DNA from: Chiloscyllium plagiosum
Lineage: Eukaryota
Direction of reading: 5' to 3'
DNA length: 64,000 nt
NCBI RefSeq assembly: GCF_004010195.1
Contig: NC_057734.1
Location: 44,291,606 to 44,355,605, forward strand
Positions 38,804-50,427 of this stretch are shown here, in pieces; position 1 is the first letter of the stretch; each line of letters starts with the position of its first letter. Both the position numbers and the translations under genes were made by a program. A model generated the notes under the pieces. The model saw only the letters and a program-made list of their open reading frames with translations. It ran no database searches and had not been told where the DNA came from.

Positions 38804-40287
38804 CAACATTTCTGCGATAGGACAGGAGACTTGTGCTCCAGAGCTGGCGGTACACCGACGCAAGCAATTCCCGAACAGTTGCAGTTCTGGCATCCAGTTA
38901 ACAACGTGGAAAATCACCTGATCCACAGGGATAAGTGCAGAACGAATCCAACACAGTCAAAGCCCAAGCAATTTATTCTCAGTCATCGGAAAAGTGATGG
39001 AAAGAGTCATCGACAGTATTAGCAAAGGATACCTGATTCGCATTAAGCTGCATATTGACACTTGGTTTCTGTAGGATACTTTCAGCACAATGTTGTGCCA
39101 GGAGGCCTGGGTTCAAGTTCCATTTGCTCCAGACCTGTATAATAACATCTAAGGAGAGATTAATTAGAATGCATTTTAAAAATCGGTTTCAGTTCGACCA
39201 CGTGGACACTGATCTTATTGCAACCGAGTCATAAACATGGCCAGAAAACAAGAACTCGAGAGGGGGAGTGAAAGTATCTCTGATATCGAGACAGCATTTG
39301 GTCCATTCGTCCAATAAATCTAGAAATGGGCAGAAAACTCTCAGTCATTTTAGGTCATATCTAACACAAAGACCAACGTTTGTGCTGCTGGGCAATCAAT
39401 AGTCTCTATTCCAGACATCTCTGAGGAGTTCCTCAGGAGTTCCTCCAAGTCCTGCTGTAGGCCCAAACATCTTCCATTGCTTCATTAATGACCTTACTTC
39501 CAGCGTGAAGCTAGAAATGTGGATGTTCAATGATAATTTCACAATGTTCAACACCCAACTCACAACGTCTCAAATACTGATACGTGTCCATATGCACCAA
39601 GATCCAAACGACAAGCAAGCAAATGATAATTGGCAAGAGACATTCACAGAGCAGCAATGCCAGGAAGTGACATTTCCCACTTACTCAACAGTCTGTTGAA
39701 TGCCGTTAACCATAGACTGAACTGGACAAACTGTGGCTATAAGAGTAACTCAGAACCTCGGAAATTTGCAGCAATTAACTCATCTCCTAACTCCCAAAAT
39801 CTGCCAACCATTCACGAAGCACGAGGCAGGCATTTATGGGATGCTCTCGATTTGCATGGATAGGTGAAGGCTCAATAACACTCAAGAAGCTCCATGCCAT
39901 CCAGGAAAAGCGACCTGTTTGACTGGCACTTCATTCAGTATCTCCAACTTGCACAAATCTAACCACAGATGATGAGGGACAGCATTGTCCATCATCTACC
40001 AGATGCACTGCAGTGACCCATCAAGGCTCCATTGTCAGCACCTTGCAGAACAGATATCTCAATCACTTAGAAGACCTAGAAGATTAAGGCCAGCATGGGA
40101 ATATCACCACCTGCAAGATTTCCTCTATGTCAAACCAATCCTAAATTGGAACTACCTATCGCTGTATCAAAGTCCTGAACTCCCTTCCCAATAACACTGT
40201 GAGTGCACCCACATCCCCAGCTCCCTTTATCCAACTTCACAACCACATAAAGAACATTGTTTGAAGGAGATGACTCACCAACCCCTC

Positions 40288-40400
40288 GGCGAAAATGAGC
40301 ACTGCAGATGCTGGAGATTAGAGTCAAGAGTGTGGTGCTGGAAAAGCACAAGTCAGGCAGCATCCGAGGAGCAGGAAAATCGAGGTTTCAGGCCTTTAAT
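40288..40400. mobile_element. Penelope-type terminal fragment
   Basis: GGCGAAAATGAGCACTGCAGATGCTGGAGATTAGAGTC, same family as 8893. Confidence 0.7.
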
Positions 40401-41564
40401 CACCATCACCTTGTCAAGAGAAATTGGGGACATGCGATATTGCTTGGCTTATTCATTAGTGCATATCTCCCCACGAATGTGTGTATATGTTTGTTTTATA
40501 TGTGTGTGTGTTTGTTTATGAGTATACACACATAATAAAGATTTATCAAGTACACACGAAGAACTGCAGAAATTTATCCTTGTTCAGCAAAACATTTATC
40601 CCTGTTTAGCAAAAAAAATGTATCTGACATCTACAGGCTAAACAGCTAAACGTCAGCAGTTGGAAAACATTTGGTAACACCAGTTTGGCATAGCATTCTT
40701 AGGCACGTGGCAAAATCGGGATTTATGGATGAAAACCAACAAGGACTTATTAAAGCGAAATTGTGTTTAATAAGCTTGATTTAGTGAAACGCTAAAGAAA
40801 GTTTCTGAATAGTGTGCATTTGATGATTGTGACTGGAGTTATAAACACACCGTTTCACAGAGTACTGTGTAATAAACATGTTAGCTAAAATGAACTGAAT
40901 TCGCTTACAGGGGCGCTATTCAATATTTAACTAAACGACAGAAATCAGAGAACCATGGTAAGTGTTTTTTCTCAGGCTTGCGTCAGCATGTGCTGCTCTA
41001 ACTCCAGAAATGAGTGATGAAGTAATTGTTCTCCTGTCTTAATGGACCGTTGGCGTGGATATGCAGGCATTTTAAAAAAGAAATTATTTACAGACGACAA
41101 TAACTCAGAATTAGTGAAAATCTTGAGGAAAATGATCACACTTTTCCACAAGACAGACAAACGACCAGGCACATGGCAAATGAAATTTAACAACGTGAGG
41201 TAAGAATTAATTTTGGTAGAAATTATGAAAACAAAATAAATGCAAATGTAACTGAATTATTTCCATCCATTCATCCTTTAGGACAATCAGTCCTGAACCA
41301 ACTTCGCCTTCCTGCATATGTATAAATAAAACCTATTTAAGTAACTTGTTCTTCGCCTGGACTTCATTGCTAATTTCCCGGTTAACACTTTTTTTGCTTT
41401 CCTTTATGTTCTTCGGGCTTCTGAAATACAAGCATAAGACCATCTAATCTTCGTTCCTAACTGTGCCGCATCTTTTGTTTCGCTGGATTCAATCATTCTT
41501 GTGTAATAATCTATGGCTTTGACAAATTGTTTCTCTTTTCTAAAAATAAGACTGCAATGCGCTT

Positions 41565-41670
41565 ATGCAAATCCAATCTGAGGCTTGGTTCCTGTTGGCC
41601 GATATCACGTGGTTGTAGATTTGCATGAATCATTAAAATTCAGTAATTTTCCTGATTTGCAGGTACTTAA
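41565..41670 (+). promoter_or_regulatory. Ig V promoter: ATGCAAAT (41565-72), CCAAT (41573-77), E-box CACGTG (41606-11), ATTTGCAT (41619-26), near-octamer TGATTTGCAG (41653-62), AT-rich TACTTAA (41664-70)
   Basis: Exact octamer motifs about 105-165 nt upstream of the leader ATG, the canonical position for Ig promoters. Confidence 0.85.
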
Positions 41671-41729
41671 TTGAGGGATTGGAAAGATCCCAGCAACACG
41701 TTCTTGCCCTAAGCACTAGAACCTTCACC

Positions 41730-41778
41730 ATGACTGAACGGGTTGGATTTCTCGCCGCACTGATGTTCTGTCTCCACA
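41730..41778 (+). CDS. IGL: Ig light chain (lambda/type II) exon 1, leader peptide MTERVGFLAALMFCLH
   Basis: ATG in ACCATG context, hydrophobic 16-codon leader, phase-1 donor A|GTAAGT at 41779; 137-nt intron ending TTCACCAG at 41915. Confidence 0.93.
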
Positions 41779-41915
41779 GTAAGTAAACATGCTAATGTGC
41801 CTTATGGTTATTTTTACGTTGTTTTTTGTGTTGTCACGCTTGAGTTTAACGGCCGTAAACGAAAAACAATTGTAATTGCAACAAATGATTGATCTCTGAC
41901 TTGCTGCTTCACCAG

Positions 41916-42257
41916 GTACATACGGGGATCCTACACTGACTCAGCCAGGATCCATCTCAACATCCCCGGGGCAAACTGTGAAGGTCACCTGTACCATGTC
42001 CGGTGGAAGTATCGGCAGCTACTATACCAGCTGGTACTGGCAGAAACCCGGCAGTGCCCCGGTGTTAGTTTGGGACGAAGATGACGAAACGGCTTCGGGA
42101 ATCCCAGACCGATTTACCGGGTCTGTGGACTCATCGAGTAACAAGATGCATTTAACCATCACCAACGTGCAATCGGAGGATGCCGCCGATTATTACTGCG
42201 CGGTAGCAAGTAGTGGAATAGTGACATTCGGGAAAGGAACCAAACTGAACCTGAGCG
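41916..42257 (+). CDS. IGL: Ig light chain exon 2, germline-joined in-frame VJ (..[59 protein letters not shown])
   Basis: Both V-domain Cys, conserved Trp, D-x-A-D-Y-Y-C and the FGxGT J motif in one uninterrupted frame with no RSS between V and J; donor G|GTAAGT at 42258; in phase with leader and C. Confidence 0.97.
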
Positions 42258-43197
42258 GTAAGTAAACTGTGGGCCACCTCAACACTAGGTCTCGATTTGA
42301 GTTCGACATTTTCGTGGAAAATCACCGAATCGGAAACACCAGTCTGGCCTAGCGATTGTATCCTGACCCTCAAAGCCCCGCTCCAAGCTTTCAGTTTTAC
42401 TTAATTACAATTTTCGCGCGATGCCGTTTTCATTCCACTGAAAGCAGCACCGCGATATAAACGCGGCGGAAGGGCAGTGTGGCGTTTTGCTGCAACTCCC
42501 TCTCATTTGTCTTTAAGCAGCGAAAACCACTCAGTCCAAGATTTTCAGTTCTACCTTTCACATTAATCCAGATGACTGGAGTGAACGTATTTTTTTGCGC
42601 CGGGCTCAGCCAGTTTGATCAACGCTGATCCAATTTCTGCGGCGCAGTCACAGGCAGGATGGTTATTTTATTTATAAATCACCGGACTTGTTACTCCCGT
42701 TCTCTCAATCGTTCGGGCATGTCTTAGGATGTTCCCCCCCCCCCCCCTCCCAGATCATTGTCCCTGTAATTGTGCTGCTGAATGTGTGGTTAGTTTCAGT
42801 GAGTGGTTATATACAGAATATGCAGATATTCCAACGGAGTGTAATATCATTATTTGGCTGCACAGGGTGAAATGGGTTAAGGCGCAATATAAAACAGAAA
42901 GGCATCATTTCAGTATATTTATTCTTTCTTCAAACAAATGTCTCTGGTACACATCTCAGGAGAAGGAAAATTTACCGGAAAATACTTCGCACTTTGATAT
43001 TAAGTCAATTAATGCCTTAGAATATTGTTGAATAATCCCGCGGGACGCCGTCTATTACAGTGTTAGAATATTCACCTATACTGGGGGTGGTACAGCAGCT
43101 GTGGTAGAAGGAACTGGTTACACTTAACTGATTTTCCTCTCAATTTCAACCTGCACGTTTTAACAATGTAGAGGTCAAAGCGAACCTCTCAGAATGC

Positions 43198-43307
43198 TTT
43201 TGCAGGAGCTGGTGTTGGACTGGGCGTACAAAGTTAAAAATCACACACACCAGGGTATACTCCAAATAAACCTGTTGGATTATAATCTGGAGTTTTGTGA
43301 TTTTTAA
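43198..43307. mobile_element. Small fold-back insertion in the J-C intron of the intact gene
   Basis: TSD CTCAGAATGC (43188-97, 43308-17); AGTTAAAAATCAC..GTGATTTTTAACT inverted ends; empty site in the psi1 intron near 14445. Confidence 0.8.
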
Positions 43308-44131
43308 CTCAGAATGCGGCTACACTGTTTAATTGAGAGGGGCAACACTGGTGCTGGTTAGAAGCGCTGATGTGCCTGACTTTGGAACTCGGTGCCAGAA
43401 CGAATTGCTTCAGCTTCTAGATCAAGTTTTGAAAAAAAAAATCTTTTAATCTTCGAATTACATAAACCGTTTCGCTCAGTGTTTGCAGCTCACTCTAGTT
43501 AAAGCGCGAATGGCTATATATTTATTATAGTACCATGAGAATAATCCTGTTTAATCAGAAGAAAGAGAACAAAAAAGTTGCTAAACACGACAACATATAC
43601 AAGCTTGAACGAAGGAGTGGTGTAGGGCGGGGGAGACAGGAAGGCGGTGCTGCGGGGGTGAGGGCGAGTGTAGTGGTAGTGATCAGATGAGCGCAGATGG
43701 TGCCCAAAGAGAGAGCAGCTCAATGAATTAAGATTGGTACAGCATGTAACAGAACCTCAGAACAGGCCAGTGGCTGTCAGTGTATACTGTTGAAGTGCAA
43801 TCATTTCTGTAGTGTAAAAACCGTGAGGCCCTTCACCGGTAAATAGCGCTGTGATAACGAGCTGTTGTCTTTCGCGACATTGAGAGATTGATACTGGCCA
43901 GGAGCATTTGTGTTTGCATTTCCACGACAGTGATGGATTCCGCTTATTCAAAAAGGACGCAATTAGTTACAATGTTGGCAAATATGTTTTAGGAAACTCA
44001 GTCGTTTTGTTGAAATAGTATCTTTTAACCCTCTGACGCCACGGATGCCTCCGATTCTGGTACTTCGAACGCGATGGGAGAGCCCTCTGCGATTTTCCAG
44101 TGTTTTCACTGATAGGGCTGGGAGCGGGAAG

Positions 44132-44141
44132 ATGCAAATCA
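44132..44141 (+). promoter_or_regulatory. Decamer/octamer ATGCAAATCA in the J-C intron, candidate intronic enhancer element
   Basis: Exact ATGCAAATNA match about 760 nt upstream of the C exon; function is inferred only. Confidence 0.35.
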
Positions 44142-44897
44142 ATAAACGATCTGAGCCTTAGGAATATGAACTATATAGAAATACAAATATCAATGTAAAA
44201 ATCCCATCCCCAATCATCGGCAAAGGAAGGGAAATAAGTAAGAATTAAGAATAAGATCAGATTGATGACAATGGAATAAATGTCGCAAAATGTTGTTTTC
44301 ACAGCAGTAGTCCCAGGTTTTATACCAAATTCGGATTTGCCAGTTTTACTTTGTGTCTAATCCTCGGTTCCTGGGACACTATGACAGGCTGCATAAGATC
44401 AATATTTTGAACGGATTATTGAGATCCCGTCTCATTTCAAACACGCACAAAAATTGCAGATGCAGAAAATCTGAAATAAAAAGCAGAGAGTGTTGGAGAG
44501 ACTCAGCAGGTCTGGCAGTATCTGTAAAGAGAAAAGCAGAATTGACGTTTGGAGTCCAGTGACTTCGCGGGATTTTCTCTCTACAGACAATGTCAGACAA
44601 TGCCGTGTTTCCCAAATATTCTGCTATGTCCAGATTTATATATTTTTTCGTTTTAAATGTTCTCACGTTGGAGAATCTTCATTTGTTACCTCACAGTTGT
44701 CAAAAATCAAAACATGTTCTCAGGTTATATCGTCCCTAGAGCTGTAGACCTCAGGTTCCAGTTTAATTTACATCAAGCTACGCGTTTCTATTATGCACCT
44801 CGTAGCTTTAAGAAGTGACTTCGAATTTAAAGAGATTTGAAGGAAGTAAAATATTAATTCCAGTTTTATTACAGTTTCATTTATTTCTACTTTACAG

Positions 44898-45220
44898 AAC
44901 CGCGGAGACCCACAGTTTCCCTCCTTCCGCCTTCATCGGTTCAAATCACGGAAAAGAACACGGCGACTCTGGTGTGTTTGGTGAGCGGTTTTAACCCGGG
45001 CGCTGTGGAGATTGAGTGGACGGTAGATGGCAGTGTCAGGGGAGATAATGTTGAGACGAGTCGGATCCAGCAGGAGACGGACAACACGTTCAGTGTGAGC
45101 AGTTATCTGACCCTGTCAGCCTCAGAATGGAACTTACACGAGCTTTACTCCTGTGGGGTTAAACATGAGACTCTAACAAATCCACTCCAGGGAACTATTG
45201 CGAGATCCAACTGTATCTGA
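44898..45220 (+). CDS. IGL: Ig light chain exon 3, constant domain (EPRRPTVSLLPPSS..ATLVCLVSGFNPG..W..YSCGVKHE..SNCI*)
   Basis: Pyrimidine tract and TTTACAG acceptor ending 44897; C1-set motifs; penultimate Cys for the H-L disulfide; TGA at 45218-45220. Confidence 0.96.
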
Positions 45221-45434
45221 GCGAAGACTCTTGTACATTTATTTCCCACCTTAATAGAGAAGCTTCTTGAAAGTTAAGTTCGACAATTAGCTATTAGACA
45301 TTCAATTTTAAACTGAACATTGAAAACAACCGCAATAGTTTAAAATGTCAGCTGTGTCCTACTTTCTGTAGTTTATTGCGTGTTCAACATGAAATGATCA
45401 AAGTTTCAATGTAATGTTGCTAATATCGCTTTGT

Positions 45435-45440
45435 ATTAAA
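45435..45440 (+). terminator. Probable polyadenylation signal (ATTAAA) of the IgL gene
   Basis: First A(A/T)TAAA hexamer I found after the stop codon, followed by T/GT-rich sequence. Confidence 0.55.
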
Positions 45441-48400
45441 ATCTGTGTACCCTGATCTCAGATTCGGTTATTCATTTCTGCCCGATATCTCTGAAGCTGC
45501 TTACAACATCATTCTGAGTATAAAAAAGTCAAGTTTAATGTTTTACGCTTATTTGCACACATACTATAGGTTAGTTGGAATACAGAAATTGTATGCAAGC
45601 ATGGGGCGTTGTCTGAGTGTAACATTTCACGAAATTAATCTTACGACATTTTAGTTTTCGGAAATAGACCTAACCAACTCATGTCGGTATGGGAATGTGC
45701 TTCATGCACATGTTAACGTCAAAACCACATTGTAAACGTGCTAACGCGTCTGGGTTTACAGATTCAAACTAACGCCATGCCTGCCTTTTCTTTTGGGGAC
45801 CTAATTCCATAGCGCAGTTACTGACAATGCACGACAACTTTACCCCGAAATAATCCAACAACGTTAATCCTTGCTCATCATAGTTATTTTGACATGGGTG
45901 TCAAAATAATTTGCAAAACATGGCTGCAGATTTCGTGGGGCCTTTATCAGAAACTAACTGACTTAAGAACCATGCTTTTAAAGTCCTACTTCAGAGTATT
46001 CATGAACTCGATGAAGCATCTTTTTACTACATATTGTCTTACTTTAGACTGACTGATCATTTTAACATATCACTAAATGTAGAAATATAAATTGTTCAAA
46101 CGATCTGAAGTTTATTTTTAAAAGTATTGTTTACCACGCACATTTTGTCAGATTGACTGCATATGCCCTCATTTACGATACCGTGAAACAAACATTATAA
46201 TAAGAACCTGGGAACTGATAGACCTGGAACATCAAAAATTAATTTGCACAGTGGGTACGTGCGGGGAAGAACATATAAATGAACTTCGCCATTCTCGAAT
46301 ATATAAAGAAAGCTGTTGGCAATTGGTTGGGAGGCAGGAGAGATCAAACAGGGAGCAAGGATTCCTCATCGCCTGAATGGGGAACTGGATTCTGGAAGCA
46401 ATAAGTTCCAGCGCAACGGCTTTTTATAACGTATAGTAATGACTTGGATGAAAGGGTAGAGAGATGTATAAGCAAGTTTGCAGATAATATTAAGTGTCAC
46501 AATGAGCTACATGACATCCTTAATGAAATCCGGTAGAAAACGCAAATGTTCAAAATACTGACAGAAAAAAGTTCGCCAGTGACAAATGATGCGTCCACAC
46601 TGAATTTAAGAATAACATAAACGGAAATCTTGCTCAATCCTCAGACGTTCGGCACTGTGGATTAGTGAATAGATTTTGGTGCCCATCTGAAAACACACAG
46701 GAAACTAGTGCACAGGTGTAATACGAATTGGAAAAGGCGTGTATAATGTTTGCCCCGCGAAGGTTGGAATTAATATTATGAAATAATGATCCCCAAATAC
46801 AGAGTCTCAGTCAGACCATGTTTGTGGTAGCACACTTAGTCTTTGGCATCAAAATGTGTAACGGATACATTGGCCTTTGAAAGGGTAGAGTGCAAGTTCT
46901 TCAAGGTGTTTCCTTTATTTTAAACCTTTAGTTGTACTATCAAATTTCAAAATATGCTTCGTGTTCCTTAAGTTTCAAGATGGAGAATTCATGTTTTGGA
47001 AAACGATTAACAAAAGATAAATGCGGACAAGAAATACTGTTGCAATCCATGAGGCGAAAGAAAACCATCGCAGTTTTAAAAGTAAACACAATTACGAGTG
47101 GAATTGGGAAGAATCCCTTCACAAACTTGGACACTGCTTTCAACTCTGGTGTATATCCTTCAAAGGAAAACGGTGAATAGAAATTATCAAGATTGCCATT
47201 CACGTATCTTTGTTACCTAAGGGTGGCCAGAAGGCCCGGGTTCAACTTCAACCTGCCTCAGAACACCTCTGAACAGATTAGTTCGAAAATACCTATCAAG
47301 ACATATAGAGCAAAGATGAACCCAGGAAGGAAAGCTACAAATTAAACATTATCTAATCGAATAACGAACGCTTGGTTGAATTGTTATAATAGGATAGCGG
47401 TACATTCAACAGTGCCAATAATCTGCATTGATCTGACTTGAAATGTGTGTGTCCTCAAAATGTGAATATTGTTTTCAATCACAACACAATCATATTTATA
47501 TTAAAATAATAGTCTGCAGTCATGGTTTAGAATTCCAGTGTCGCATATGGTGGAATTTGAATAAAATTAATGATGAAAATCTGGAATTAAAAGCAGGCTA
47601 GTCTAATAACGTTAATGAAATCGTTACCAACTAAAGTAAACAAAACATCTGTTTCATTCACTAATATTCTTTATGGATGGAAGCTCTGCCATTCTCAATA
47701 GGTCTGGGCCACAAGTGATTCCACATCTATAATAATATTTAACTGTTAAATGCCAACTGACATTTCCTAACAAGTGATTCGATGCAAATGAATATTACAA
47801 AGTGTGGCAAAAGGAATGAAACTAGACTGAACACCCAGCAATGATCAAGCCACTAGAACCAATAACATCGTAGACCACAAACTTTCTCACAAATAAGCTT
47901 TATTCATTCACGAGACATAAGCATCGGTGATTAGGCCAGCATTTCTTACCCATTCCCAGCTGCTTTCATGAAAATCTTAGTGAGCTGCCTTGTTGAACTA
48001 TTGTAGTCCACCAGCTGTTTGTAGACCACGATATCATTTGGGAGGGATTTCCAGAATTTTGTGACAGTAAAGGAATGGCGATGTACTTCCAAGTCAGGTT
48101 TGTGAGTTGCTTTCAGAAGAGCTTGCAGGTGGCAATTGAAAAGACTCCTCGAAAGCTGATATCCTGTCACCAAGTCGCCCTTTATTTATACATGCATAGT
48201 AAATGATACTGATTCAGCTCGTTAAAACCCGGCTCCTGGTGTAACCAGAACACCTGACACTCCTGTTAATATCTGTCAGCCAGGATTCCCTGATTAGACT
48301 AGGTAAACAGCCCCAGTCAGGGATCACATATTCTCTGAGGTGTCCCTGGCTGACCTCGTTCCAATCACTAAAGTGGTATCATCATGTATCTGCTGCCCTT

Positions 48401-49339
48401 ATCCTTCCACATGGAAGTGGTAAAACCAGACATTGCACGAAAAGCTTATCAGCCCCGGGTTCTGAGGAAGGGTAATCAGACGTGGGACATTAACTCTAAT
48501 TTCTCTTCACAAATGCTACCAGAACTGCTGAGATTTTCCAGGAACTTGTTTTTGTTTCTGGTTTACAGCAACCACAGTTCTTTTGGTTTTTAGATCCTGG
48601 GTTTGGAAGCTGCTCTGTTAGGATCATTGGCGAATTTGCAGTGCATCTTTTAGATAGTGAACACTGCTGTTACTACATTATTGGTCGTAGAGAGAATTAA
48701 TGTTTTGGATGTGTGACAATGAATTGGACTGCTTTGGTCTGGTTGTCGTCAAGACGTTTGAATATTGTTGGAGCTGCACTCATCCAGGCAAGTGGGAAGT
48801 GTTTTTTGTCACATTGCTGGTTTATACCTAGCAGCAGATGAACAGATTTTGGGGCGTCATGAGATATATTACTCGCCGCGGCATTCCTACACTCTGACCT
48901 GCTCTGACAACCATTGCATTTGGAGAATATGAGAAGTACAAATATCTTTCTGGTCAATTGTAACCCCCAGGGCATTAATATCGTCGGATTCACTGATAGT
49001 ATCGCCATTGAATGGTAAGGGACGATGATTTCAATTTCCGGTTTTGTAGCGTGTCACTGCCTGATAATCTGCCAACCAACGTTTAAATATTGTCCAGGTC
49101 TTATTGCATTTGGACATGGATTGCTGCAATATCTGTAGAACTGCAAATGTTGCTGAATGTTGTGCAATAGTGATTGAACATTCCGAACTTCTGATTTTAT
49201 GATGGAGGGAGGATCACTGATGAAGCAGCTGAGAATGATGTCCTTGAGATGTGTTAGCTGCAGTGTAGCAACCACACCGACTTTCCTATGTGTCAGGTAG
49301 GACTCCAACCAGCGATGTGAATTTTCCTCTGATCCGCAT

Positions 49340-50129
49340 TGTGAGATGCTGTTCTTTCAAAAATGTTATGCTGACTTTGTTTTTTCTTTCCTGTTTTGTT
49401 ATATAATCACAGGTTCAGAAACGTCTGGGGTTGAAGGGATTTAGTGCCTGTTTCATTATAACTAATCAATACTGCCTGAAGCAAATGGCTTTCAAGATTT
49501 TGAAAAAAAAAGCACTTGCTTAATGAATGAAGAGTGGCCAGTTCTCCCGGCTCAGCTGCGCTCTGAAAAAGGTGCTGGACCCAAAGAAACAGGTCCAGGC
49601 TGAACCTCCTCTCTCTCTGACATTTCTCCTGGAAGACACTGTGTTTTATGTTACCGTTTGTGCCAATTGCTTTTTATGGGGATTGTTGCAAGTATTGGGG
49701 ACAGCATGGATAAAGTGAGGACTGCAGATGCTGGAAATCAGAGTCGTACAGTGTGGTGCTGGAACAGCACAGTCGGTCAGGCAGCATCAGGGTGAAGAGC
49801 TTATGCTCGTAATGTCAATTCTCCTGATTATCACTTTCTGCCTGACTGGCTGTGCTTTTCAAGCACCACACTCTTCGACTTGGGAACAGCATCATTAAGT
49901 TGGGATAGTCTGCTGGCTTTTCGGAAAGGTTAGGTTATTTGGTATTCAATTCTCTTTGTGCTTCATTCAGTAATCTTGTAAGTAAGTTCTGTTTTGTTTA
50001 AAATTAAGTGGTTTGACAATCGGCATCACTCCTGGCTATCCATGTTACACGTGCTTCAATCTCCTCACATTGTTAGCGCCTTGGCTACTTTCTTGAAATG
50101 CTTCGAGGGGTCTGGCCTGGTCCAGAGCA
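49340..50129 (+). mobile_element. Solo LTR of the Gmr1-like element, with a Penelope-type insert at about 49711-49880
   Basis: TG..CA ends, degenerate TSD GCAT/TCAT, same insertion site as 2039-7003. Confidence 0.85.
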
Positions 50130-50427
50130 TCATTAACTTCAGTTTAGCTAGGGCCCATTGACGACAAACGCAATGAAATATACCCTTGATGTCAAGGGCT
50201 GCCATTCTCACCTCATTTCTGAAATTTGGCGTCTTGCTCATGTTTGAACCAAGATTGCAATGAGCTCGGAAGTTGGGTTAGTCTGACAAAACCCAAACTG
50301 GGCGTGTTAGTCCGCAGTTTATTGCTAAGCAAGTGCTGCTTGATAGCACTGTTGAGGACACCTTCTATCATTTTACTGTTGATCAATAGGAAATTATGAA
50401 GTGGTAGTTGGCCAGGGTATTATTGCT

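Noticed and set aside
17036-41500. A constant exon for psi1 or any other host gene
   Set aside because: No C1-set motif or non-TE coding signal found by eye; a very degraded exon cannot be excluded
42264-42300. AACTGTG after J and scattered CACAGTG/CACTGTG heptamers as RSS
   Set aside because: No correctly spaced nonamer seen; wrong position; expected by chance
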